From Dehalococcoidia bacterium (lineage in GTDB: Bacteria; Chloroflexota; Dehalococcoidia; SM23-28-2; HRBIN24): a stretch of DNA of 64,000 bases. The stretch lies in NCBI GenBank assembly GCA_032249735.1, contig JAVVHA010000004.1:27268-91267 (forward strand), given 5' to 3'. The notes beneath the pieces are model-generated. The model was not told where the DNA came from. It worked only from the letters and a program-made list of their open reading frames with translations, and searched no databases. Every line of letters begins with the position of its first letter. The first letter of the stretch is position 1. Below are positions 26,206 through 34,080 of the stretch, in pieces. The translations under genes and the position numbers were made by a program.

Positions 26206-27545
26206 GCCTCCCCCTCCCTTATGGGCACTTCCAGACGCACATGGGTCCCCCGCCCGGGGGCACTATCGATGACCAGGCGGGCATCCAGGGCCCTTGCCCG
26301 GTCGGCCATGTTGCGCATGCCCTGGCGCGTGCGGTCCCGGGGGGCCTGTGGATCGAACCCCACCCCATCATCCGCCACCTCCAGGATAAGGGTGGGACGG
26401 TGGTAGGCCAAACGCACCACCAGATGGTTGGCCTGGGCATGCTTGATGACGTTGCTAATGGCCTCTTGGGCCACGTGATAGATGCCCAGGGCTTCCTCCT
26501 CCCGCAGGGGAGGCAAGGGCCCTTCGGCCTCCAGACGGACCTCCAGCCCGCCGGTGGCCCGCGCCTCCTCCAGCAGCTCCCGCACCGCCCTTCGCAGGTC
26601 ACCCACCTGAGAGGAGGCGGGGCGAAGGTCATAGATGTAATGGCGCAGGTCCCTGATGACCCGATCGAGGTCGTCGATGGCCCTCTCCAGGGCCCACCGC
26701 ACGGGCGAGCCTTCGTCCACCTCCTCGCCAGCTGCCTCCAGGCCCAAGGCGACGGCATAAAGGGACTGGATGACCCCATCGTGCAAGTCCATAGCGATGC
26801 GCTCCCGCTCCTCCAGGAGGGCCAAGCTGCGCATGCGGTCGTAAAGGCGGCTCGTCTCCACGGCCACGGCCGCCCAGTTGGCGAAGGCAGCCAGGAGCTG
26901 GGCCTGGTCGCGGCCCAAGGGAGTAGGGGCCCGATTCCCCACCAAGAGGACCCCTAGCATCTTCCCTTTGGCCGAGAAGGGCACGGCCACCAAAGACCCT
27001 AGCTCCACCCCCTCTAGGACGGCAGGCCTCCCTTCCAGCAGGGGCTCACGGCGACAATCGCTCACCACCAAGGGCTGGGCCATCCGCACCACCAGGCCTT
27101 GGGGGCCCTCGTTGGCTGGGAGGGGATCCCAGGCCCCACCCCTCTCCTTCAGGCCCCGCTGGGCGGCCAGATGCAGCTCCTGCCCCGTGGGGTCCAGAAG
27201 CATGAGGACGGCCACATCGGCCTGCAGGAGGTGACAGGCTCTCTCCACCACCGACTCCAGCAGGCCATCCACATCGGGCGAAGCCGTCACCTCCTGCCCC
27301 AGCTCGAAGAGGGAGCGCCACTCCTCGGCCCGCCTTTCCAGCTGGACCTGCATCCTCTCCAGCATGGAGAAGATGAACCAGGCGAAGGCCACAATACCCA
27401 GGGCAGCCACGCTGCCTGCTACGGCGAAGGCGACGGCATCGGTCAGGGCGGGGAGGAGGACGAGATGGAGGACGAGGCCCAGGCCCACCACAAACGCCAG
27501 AGGAGCCGCCACCGCCACCCAACGCAGGGCCCTCAGGCTGCCCAT
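26202..27545 (-). CDS. Membrane-anchored GAF-domain sensor histidine kinase (HisKA_3/NarX-DevS type)
   Basis: Two N-terminal TM helices and a GAF-like middle region. H-box ERIAMDLHDGVIQSLYAV, N-box EAISNVIKHA, G-box DDGVGF. Confidence 0.9.
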   Translation of the reverse strand: MGSLRALRWVAVAAPLAFVVGLGLVLHLVLLPALTDAVAFAVAGSVAALGIVAFAWFIFSMLERMQVQLERRAEEWRSLFELGQEVTASPDVDGLLESVVERACHLLQADVAVLMLLDPTGQELHLAAQRGLKERGGAWDPLPANEGPQGLVVRMAQPLVVSDCRREPLLEGRPAVLEGVELGSLVAVPFSAKGKMLGVLLVGNRAPTPLGRDQAQLLAAFANWAAVAVETSRLYDRMRSLALLEERERIAMDLHDGVIQSLYAVALGLEAAGEEVDEGSPVRWALERAIDDLDRVIRDLRHYIYDLRPASSQVGDLRRAVRELLEEARATGGLEVRLEAEGPLPPLREEEALGIYHVAQEAISNVIKHAQANHLVVRLAYHRPTLILEVADDGVGFDPQAPRDRTRQGMRNMADRARALDARLVIDSAPGRGTHVRLEVPIREGEA

Positions 27546-27552
27546 CTCCCCT

Positions 27553-28434
27553 TTAGTCTACATCAGGGGACAGGCGGTGAGATAACTCACGTGGGCGCAC
27601 CAGAAGACAAGGCAAGGGGGAGCGCTGGAGGATGGCATGGGCCACGCTCCCCAGGGGCCAGGGGCCACCGCCGCGCCCGTGGGTGGAAAGGACCATGAGC
27701 CCTGCGCCCACCTCCTGGGCCAGGGCCAGGATGGAGGAGACGGGGTGCCCCACCACCGCCTGAGGGATGGCCTTCACCCCCTCTCTTTCCAGCCGCCTCG
27801 CCTCCTCCCTCAGGCAGGCCAGGGCCCTTTGCCGCTCCTTCTCCAGCCATGGATGGGCCTCCTCCGAGAGCCCCTCCACCGCCACCACCTGGGCCAACAC
27901 CAGTACCGAACCCAGGGCCTGGGCCAGCTCCCGGGCCACGGGCAGGGCAGCCCGAGACAAGGCTGAGCCGTCCGTGAGCAGCAGGATGCGCCGAGGAGGC
28001 CAAAGGGCCCGCTGCCCTGGGCGCACCAGCAAGACCGGGCACTGGCTCCACTGGGCTATCCGCTGGGCCACTGCACCCTTGGCCCAAGGGGCCGGGGCAG
28101 AAGGAGGCTCATCGGCCAGCGCCACCATGTCCACCTCCCACCGCTCAGCCCACCGCAGGATGCAATAGGCGGGCTGGCCGTAGGCCACCTGCGTCCGCGC
28201 CTCCACCCCTAGGTCCTCCAACTCCCTCCTCTTGCGGTCCAAATAGACGTGGGCCCACGTTGTCTCCCGGCCCAGCTCCCGGCGCTGACGGAAATCCGTC
28301 AGATGGCTTGTGGGGTCAATGACCAGCAACAGGTAGAGGAGGGCAGCGGTGCGGGAGGCGAGGGTCAGGCCATAGAGGAGGGCCTCCTCCGCCTGGGGCG
28401 AGCCATCCAGGGCCACCAGCAGCGACCGAACCAT
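27553..28434 (-). CDS. Tandem universal stress protein (two UspA domains)
   Basis: LLVALDGSPQAEEAL and LLLTDGSALSRAAL starts, plus a C-terminal LMVLSTHGRGG ATP-binding-type motif. Start trimmed to MVRSLLVALDG at 28434. Confidence 0.85.
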   Translation of the reverse strand: MVRSLLVALDGSPQAEEALLYGLTLASRTAALLYLLLVIDPTSHLTDFRQRRELGRETTWAHVYLDRKRRELEDLGVEARTQVAYGQPAYCILRWAERWEVDMVALADEPPSAPAPWAKGAVAQRIAQWSQCPVLLVRPGQRALWPPRRILLLTDGSALSRAALPVARELAQALGSVLVLAQVVAVEGLSEEAHPWLEKERQRALACLREEARRLEREGVKAIPQAVVGHPVSSILALAQEVGAGLMVLSTHGRGGGPWPLGSVAHAILQRSPLPCLLVRPRELSHRLSPDVD

Positions 28435-28588
28435 GCCCCACCTCCCGCGGCATTTACATAATACCAGGGCGGGCAGGCAAGAAATCCCGGCCCTTGCGCC
28501 CACAACTATTAGGACTTTCGGCCTAGTCTCCATAGGGAAACGTGGCCCTACCCTCCCTTGCGCCATTCCCCATACCCTGGGTCTCGAG

Positions 28589-29146
28589 ATGCCGCAGATG
28601 TATCTCGTCTATCCCAAGGAGGTGACCATCCGGAGTGGGGAGAGGGTGGTGCTGCGCCCACCGGTGCCCGAAGACGAGGAGCGTCTTTTGGCCCATCTCA
28701 TGTCCCTCCCGCAGGAGGAGCGTCACTTCCTGCAGGAGCGGCCCATCTCCCTACCCACAGCAGGGGCGAGGGGGGAAGTCCTCTCTCTAGTGGGCCTCGT
28801 CCAGGAGCGCATCGTAGCTCACGGAGCGGTGGCTAGGCGGCAAGGCCCTGCCTATGCCCACATAGGCCAGGTATGGGCCACCGTCTCCCCCGTCTACCGC
28901 GGGCGCGGCCTTGGCACCGCCCTCCTCCAAGAGCTGTGCCAGATGGCGGCCGCAGCCGGGATGGAGCTTTTGCTGGCAGAAGTGGTGGACGAGATCCACC
29001 GGGAGGCCCTGCGTGCCCTGGAGTGGCTGGGCTTCATGCGCACTGGCGTCATCGCCGAAGGGGCCCGCGGGCCCCGCGGGGAACGGTACGACATCATCGT
29101 CATGGCCCTCTCCCTGGGCCGCTGGCAGGAATGGACCCAGTACTAA
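28589..29146 (+). CDS. GNAT-family N-acetyltransferase
   Basis: The acetyl-CoA motif VSPVYRGRGLGTALLQEL matches the R/Q-x-x-G-x-G/A pattern. Start trimmed to the ATG at 28589. Confidence 0.8.
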   Translation: MPQMYLVYPKEVTIRSGERVVLRPPVPEDEERLLAHLMSLPQEERHFLQERPISLPTAGARGEVLSLVGLVQERIVAHGAVARRQGPAYAHIGQVWATVSPVYRGRGLGTALLQELCQMAAAAGMELLLAEVVDEIHREALRALEWLGFMRTGVIAEGARGPRGERYDIIVMALSLGRWQEWTQY

Positions 29147-29201
29147 AGGGGACTACTGGGCCATGGCCAAGGCAAAAGCCCCGGATCCCCATGGCTTATC
29201 C

Positions 29202-30122
29202 TTAAGCTGGTGCCCGCGCCTGCGGCCCGCTGGACGAGCGATGTCGGGGCGCCCTGGGCAGGCGGCGGCGCAAAACGATCCCCACCCCCGCCCCCACGTA
29301 TCCCACCATCTGCACCGTCTTTAGCAGGAGATGGAGCAGCAAGGCCAGCACCCCCTCCCTCCAGGGCCGCCCGAACCAGATGCCCCCTTCCCTCTCCTTG
29401 AGGAAGAGGCTCCAGTAAGGAGTGGCCTTTACGGCATGAAGGGAGGCGCCATAGCGGAGGTTGGTACGCACCAGCTTGCGCAGATCGGGCTCCACATGCC
29501 ATACGGCGTCCCGCAGAAGCCCCACCCTCTGGGAGAGCTTACGGCACTCGTAATAGATGATGTCGTGGTCGTAGTGCAGGATGTGGGGCACCACCTCTGG
29601 CGGGATGGCCTCCATAGCCTTCAGCAGCAAGGCACGGCGGAACAGACGCGGGGGGTTGCCCCCACGGGCTGGGTCGAACCCCTCCTCCGTGCGGAACCGC
29701 GCATTGACGATGACCTTAGAGGCGGCATAGAGCCTGGGGATGGCCCAGTTGCGGTTGTAAGACTCCTCCTCCAGGACCAGCATGTCATATGGCCCTTCCT
29801 GGGCCAGGGCCACTGCCCTCTCGATGGCCCCGGGCTTGAGGACCTGGTCAGCATCCAGCATAAGGACAAACTCGCCATGAGCCTCCTGCGCCCCCATCAT
29901 GCGGGCGGCCAGGAGCTTGCCCGGACAGCTAAGCACGCGAGCCCCCATCTCTTGGGCCAGGGCCACCGTGCCGTCCCGGGAGCCCCCATCCACCACTAGC
30001 ACCTCCAGGGCAGGGTACCCCTGGGAGAGAACCGATTCCAGGCACAGACGAAGGGTGCGACGGCAGTTGTAGGTAGGCACAGTGACCGATACCAAAGGGC
30101 ATGCCGTGCTCACTTCCACCAC
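29202..30122 (-). CDS. Family 2 glycosyltransferase
   Basis: VSVTVPTYNCRRTLRLCLESVLSQGYPALEVLVVDGGSRDGT, and a DAD (DxD) motif in LMLDADQV. Confidence 0.85.
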   Translation of the reverse strand: MVEVSTACPLVSVTVPTYNCRRTLRLCLESVLSQGYPALEVLVVDGGSRDGTVALAQEMGARVLSCPGKLLAARMMGAQEAHGEFVLMLDADQVLKPGAIERAVALAQEGPYDMLVLEEESYNRNWAIPRLYAASKVIVNARFRTEEGFDPARGGNPPRLFRRALLLKAMEAIPPEVVPHILHYDHDIIYYECRKLSQRVGLLRDAVWHVEPDLRKLVRTNLRYGASLHAVKATPYWSLFLKEREGGIWFGRPWREGVLALLLHLLLKTVQMVGYVGAGVGIVLRRRLPRAPRHRSSSGPQARAPA

Positions 30123-30147
30123 CTCCCCACCTATGGCGTGATATGCT

Positions 30148-31050
30148 CTACCAGGGCAGTTCGCCCCAGGCTACACATAGGACGCGGTCAGCCGCCCCAT
30201 AGTATAGGACCAGGGTGCGGCCATCCAACACCGCCCCACACGAGAATACCACATTGGGGGCTACCCCTACCCGTTCGTACTCCTCTTCCGGCTCCAGGAT
30301 GGGGTCCACACTCCGCTCCAGGACCACATGGGGACGCTCTTTGTCCAGGAGCACATAGCCGAGGCGATATGTCCAGGTGCGGGCCTCTACGCCGTGGTAG
30401 ATGAGGAGCCAGGCGTGATCCAGCTCTATGGGAGGGCCGGCGATGCCCACCTTGGCGTCGTCCCAATAGCCGGGGCGAGGGGTGAGGATCTGCTGGTGGT
30501 CGTACCAGTGAACCAAGTCATAAGAGTAGGATAGCCAGATGTGCTCAGCCAGGGTCATGGGGCGATGGAGGAGGGCGTACCGCTCACCGATGCGACGGGG
30601 GAAATAGGCAGCGTTGCGGTTGTGGAACCCCACCATGGTGGGCAGGAGGAGGCGGTGCTTGGTCCATGCCCACTCCTTGCGCATCAGCTCCTCCGGCGAT
30701 AGGGACACCTCGCAGGGGCGGGCCATGTCCCGCTCCTTGCCGGCGTAGATGACGTATATGCGGCCGTCCAAAGCGATGATGCGTGGGTCCTCCACCCCAT
30801 CCCTCTCGAACCACTCCTCGGGGGCGAGGACAGGGTAGGGTAGCCGTTCCTCCACTTCGTCGTAGCCCCGCAGGCGGGCATAGCCGAGGCGGGCTATGTC
30901 GTCCTGGCCACGCGCGGTATAGAGGAGGTGGACGTATTCCCCCAGCTTCACGGCCCCGGCGTTGCATGTCAGCCGCGTCTCCCACCACCTGTCGGTGGGG
31001 GTCAGAATGGGGTTACGAGGGCTACGTTGGAGAAGGAGCCCCCTCCCCAT
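30148..31050 (-). CDS. GH130-family glycoside phosphorylase/hydrolase (DUF377-type beta-propeller)
   Basis: NPILTP..WE...CNAGAV, LLYTARG...RLGYA, FERDGVEDPRI and YVIYAG resemble GH130 from memory. Confidence 0.75.
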   Translation of the reverse strand: MGRGLLLQRSPRNPILTPTDRWWETRLTCNAGAVKLGEYVHLLYTARGQDDIARLGYARLRGYDEVEERLPYPVLAPEEWFERDGVEDPRIIALDGRIYVIYAGKERDMARPCEVSLSPEELMRKEWAWTKHRLLLPTMVGFHNRNAAYFPRRIGERYALLHRPMTLAEHIWLSYSYDLVHWYDHQQILTPRPGYWDDAKVGIAGPPIELDHAWLLIYHGVEARTWTYRLGYVLLDKERPHVVLERSVDPILEPEEEYERVGVAPNVVFSCGAVLDGRTLVLYYGAADRVLCVAWGELPW

Positions 31051-31086
31051 TGATGCCGGTCGCCTCGGTGGAAAGATAGCCCATCT

Positions 31087-31392
31087 CTAGCGCTGGAACC
31101 CCGCGAACCGCTCCAGCACCTTTATCTCCACCCCTCCTGGCTCCAGAAGGGATGCGAACTTGCCAGCGGCCTCCCGTAGGATAGGGCCCCGTCGGTGGGC
31201 CTCGAAGGCTGCCTCATCCTGATAGACCTCGAAGACGATGATGGTGTTAGGGTCGTTCTGCAGGCGGTGGAAGAGGTAGGTGAGGGTGGCAGGCTCTTGG
31301 GCCTCCACGCGCGATGCCAGCTCCTGCATGAACGCCTCCGCCTCCTCCTCCTTCCCCTTCTGGACCCTCAGGGTGGCCATGATGGTGAACAT
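31087..31392 (-). CDS. Antibiotic biosynthesis monooxygenase (ABM) domain protein
   Basis: 101 aa with a ferredoxin-like pattern ...IIVFEVYQDEAAFEAH. Confidence 0.8.
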   Translation of the reverse strand: MFTIMATLRVQKGKEEEAEAFMQELASRVEAQEPATLTYLFHRLQNDPNTIIVFEVYQDEAAFEAHRRGPILREAAGKFASLLEPGGVEIKVLERFAGFQR

Positions 31393-31405
31393 GGGGCTAC
31401 CTCCT

Positions 31406-33067
31406 TCAAATTATAGCTTCTTCCTGATAGATGCCGAACACGTCCCGCATGACATCGCAGATCTCGCCCAGGGTGCAATAGGCCCTGACGGCCTCGATGA
31501 CGTGGGGCATGACGTTCTCCTGTCCCCGACAGGCCTGCTCCAGCCGCCTGAGGCAGCGGGCCACCTCCCGGTTGTCCCTCTCCCGCCGCAGCCGCTTGAG
31601 CCGTTCCACCTGCCGGCGGTAACCCTCGCCAGTGGGGTCCACCCTCAGGATAGGGATCTCGATGGGCTCGTCCAAGACGTACTGGTTGACGCCCACCACC
31701 ACCCGTTTCCCCTGGTCCACCTCCTGCTGGTAGCGGTAGGAGGCGTCGGCTATCTCCCTCTGGAAGAAGCCAGCGCGAATGGCGGGGATGACCCCACCCA
31801 GGTCCTCGATCTTGCGGAAGTAGGCGCGGGCCCGCTCCTCCATCTCCTGGGTGAGGGCCTCCACCAGGTAGCTCCCTCCCAGGGGGTCGACGGAGTTGAC
31901 CACCCCTGACTCATGGGCGATGACCTGCTGCACCCGCAGGGCCAGCCTGGCCGCCTTCTCGCTGGGCAAGGCCAGGGCCTCATCCCAGGAGTTGGTGTGG
32001 AGGGACTGGGTACCCCCGAGCACCGCCGCCAAGGCCTGGATGGTGGTGCGGATGAGGTTCACCTCTGGCTGCTGGGCGGTGAGGGAGCAGCCAGCCGTCT
32101 GGGTGTGGAAACGCATCCACCATGACCTGGGATCCTTGGCCCCGAAGGTCTCTCGCATCTCCCGCGCCCAGATGCGCCGGGCGGCCCGGAACTTGGCGAT
32201 CTCCTCGAAGAAGTCGTTGTGGCAATTGAAGAAGAAGGAAAAGGTGGGGGCGAACTCATCGATGTCCAGCCCCCGCTCCAGGCACCAGCGCACATACTCG
32301 AAGCCATCGGCCAGGGTGAAGGCCAGCTCCTGCACCGCCGTAGACCCCGCCTCGCGGATGTGGTAGCCGGAGATGCTGATGGGGTGCCACTTGGGCACTT
32401 CCCGCACGCAGAACTCCACCGTGTCCACCACCAGCCGCATGGAGGGCTCGGGGGGGAAGAGGAACTCCTTCTGGGCGATGTACTCTTTGAGGATGTCATT
32501 CTGGATGGTGCCCCGCAGCTTATGTCTGGGCACCCCTTGTTTCTCAGCCACCACGATGTACATGGCCCAGATCACCGCCGCTGGGGAGTTGATGGTCATG
32601 GAGGTGGTGATCTCCCCCAGGGGTATGCCGTCCAGCAGGATCTCCATGTCCAGGAGGGAGGAGACGGCCACCCCACACTTGCCGAACTCCCCCTGGGCCA
32701 GGGGGTGGTCGGAGTCATAGCCATAAAGGGTGGGGAGGTCGAAGGCGATGGATAGGCCCGTCTGGCCCTGAGAGAGGAGGTACTTGAAGCGGGCATTGGT
32801 CTCCTCGGCCAGCCCGAAGCCCGAGAACTGGCGCATGGTCCACAGCTTGCCCCGATAGCCCGTGGCATATATGCCTCGCGTGTAGGGGTACTGGCCCGGA
32901 TAGCCCAGGTCCCGCAGATAGTCCAGCCCCGCCACGTCCGTGGGGTCGTAGACGCAGCGGACAGGGATGCCTGAGAGGGTCGAGAACTCCCCCTCCCGTT
33001 CGGGCCACTGGCGGCGCACCTCCTCCTCCCACCGCTGCCTATGCTGGCGCAGATCCTCCCTCTGCAT
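31406..33067 (-). CDS. Methylmalonyl-CoA mutase family, catalytic (large, N-terminal) subunit without a fused B12-binding domain
   Basis: [11 protein letters not shown]...[53 protein letters not shown]. Confidence 0.95.
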   Translation of the reverse strand: MQREDLRQHRQRWEEEVRRQWPEREGEFSTLSGIPVRCVYDPTDVAGLDYLRDLGYPGQYPYTRGIYATGYRGKLWTMRQFSGFGLAEETNARFKYLLSQGQTGLSIAFDLPTLYGYDSDHPLAQGEFGKCGVAVSSLLDMEILLDGIPLGEITTSMTINSPAAVIWAMYIVVAEKQGVPRHKLRGTIQNDILKEYIAQKEFLFPPEPSMRLVVDTVEFCVREVPKWHPISISGYHIREAGSTAVQELAFTLADGFEYVRWCLERGLDIDEFAPTFSFFFNCHNDFFEEIAKFRAARRIWAREMRETFGAKDPRSWWMRFHTQTAGCSLTAQQPEVNLIRTTIQALAAVLGGTQSLHTNSWDEALALPSEKAARLALRVQQVIAHESGVVNSVDPLGGSYLVEALTQEMEERARAYFRKIEDLGGVIPAIRAGFFQREIADASYRYQQEVDQGKRVVVGVNQYVLDEPIEIPILRVDPTGEGYRRQVERLKRLRRERDNREVARCLRRLEQACRGQENVMPHVIEAVRAYCTLGEICDVMRDVFGIYQEEAII

Positions 33068-33127
33068 AGCTGGCCCCCTCCTGTGGCCTTAGTCTAACGC
33101 ACAACCTCAATGGAGGGAATCGGCCTA

Positions 33128-33859
33128 TCATCCCCACAGGCCACGGGGGAGGACATCGCCCCAAAAGAGGGCCACCACGCCCCCCAACACTAGGAAAGGG
33201 CCGTAGGGGAGGTACTGGCCGCGGCGGACGGCCCGCAAGAGAAGGAGGAGCAGCACCACCACCCCACCAGCCAACATCCCCAACAAGAGAGCCGAGATCA
33301 CCCTGGGGAAGCCCACCACCGCCCCCAGGAAGGCGGCCAGCTTCACATCTCCAGCTCCCAGACCGCCCCGCATGGCCACATAGGCCACCCCAAAGGCCAC
33401 GCCCCCAAAGGCCGCCCCTGCTAGGGCCTCCAGAGGCCCCCGCCCTGGCCAGGCCCAGGAGAAGGCCATGGCTAGGAGGGTGCCGGGATAGATGATGCGA
33501 TTGGGCAGGAGCCTTCGCTCCAGGTCGGCCAGAGCCAGGGCCAGGAAAAGGGCACCGAAAAGGGTCCCTAGGAGGGCAGGCCCGGCGGAGGGCCCCAATC
33601 TCGCATATGAGGCCGCCCCCAGCCCCGCCCCGCCTAGGGGCAAAGCCAGGGCCCGCCACGACAGGGCAGCGCCACAGCGGGGACAGGTGAGGAGGGAGCC
33701 GATGGAGCCTACCACTGGCCACAGGAACAACCCCCTCGCCTCCAGCTTGCACACCCCACACCGTGGCCATGGCGGAAGAACCCCACCCCCAAAGGCCCCA
33801 TCCCAGGCCAGGTCCAGCAGGTGGCCCATCACCAGGCCCAAAAGCACAGGCGCCCACAT
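33128..33859 (-). CDS. Type IV prepilin peptidase (A24 family)
   Basis: N-terminal Zn-finger-like CGVC...CPRCG, catalytic-region motif GLGAGDVKLAAFLG, multiple TM helices. Confidence 0.85.
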   Translation of the reverse strand: MWAPVLLGLVMGHLLDLAWDGAFGGGVLPPWPRCGVCKLEARGLFLWPVVGSIGSLLTCPRCGAALSWRALALPLGGAGLGAASYARLGPSAGPALLGTLFGALFLALALADLERRLLPNRIIYPGTLLAMAFSWAWPGRGPLEALAGAAFGGVAFGVAYVAMRGGLGAGDVKLAAFLGAVVGFPRVISALLLGMLAGGVVVLLLLLLRAVRRGQYLPYGPFLVLGGVVALFWGDVLPRGLWG

Positions 33860-34080
33860 CTCCCTGCCGCCCTATATACCACACCGCCTGCCCCACCAGA
33901 ACCCCCATCGCTGTAGGGCAAAACCTTACTTAAGGAGGGGCTTGTGACCTACACTAGTGCTGACCGGAGGCCCCTGGGTATGAGCCCCTATGGCCCAGAT
34001 AATTCATGCCAAATGGCCCATAGCCCAGCCACAAGGGGGGTATAACAATGGGTTCAGATGCGGCAAATTAAGGTGGGGTG

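Noticed and set aside
28511-28530. AGGACT-N8-AGTCTC imperfect inverted repeat in the usp/GNAT divergent spacer, considered as a DosR-type box
   Set aside because: The spacing and half-sites do not fit the GGGACT-N2-AGTCCC consensus as I remember it. It is a single imperfect copy.
33039-33908. 289-aa alternative-frame ORF overlapping the prepilin peptidase gene
   Set aside because: The other frame gives the A24 peptidase motifs and TM helices. This frame is Gly/Pro/Arg low complexity.
33960-33985. CCGGAGGCC string reminiscent of the conserved core of the Moco riboswitch, upstream of the molybdoenzyme operon
   Set aside because: The Moco-like orientation (GGCCTCCGG...) is on the minus strand, pointing away from the operon. 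I could not build the flanking P1-P4 helices. Only an Rfam scan could revive it.
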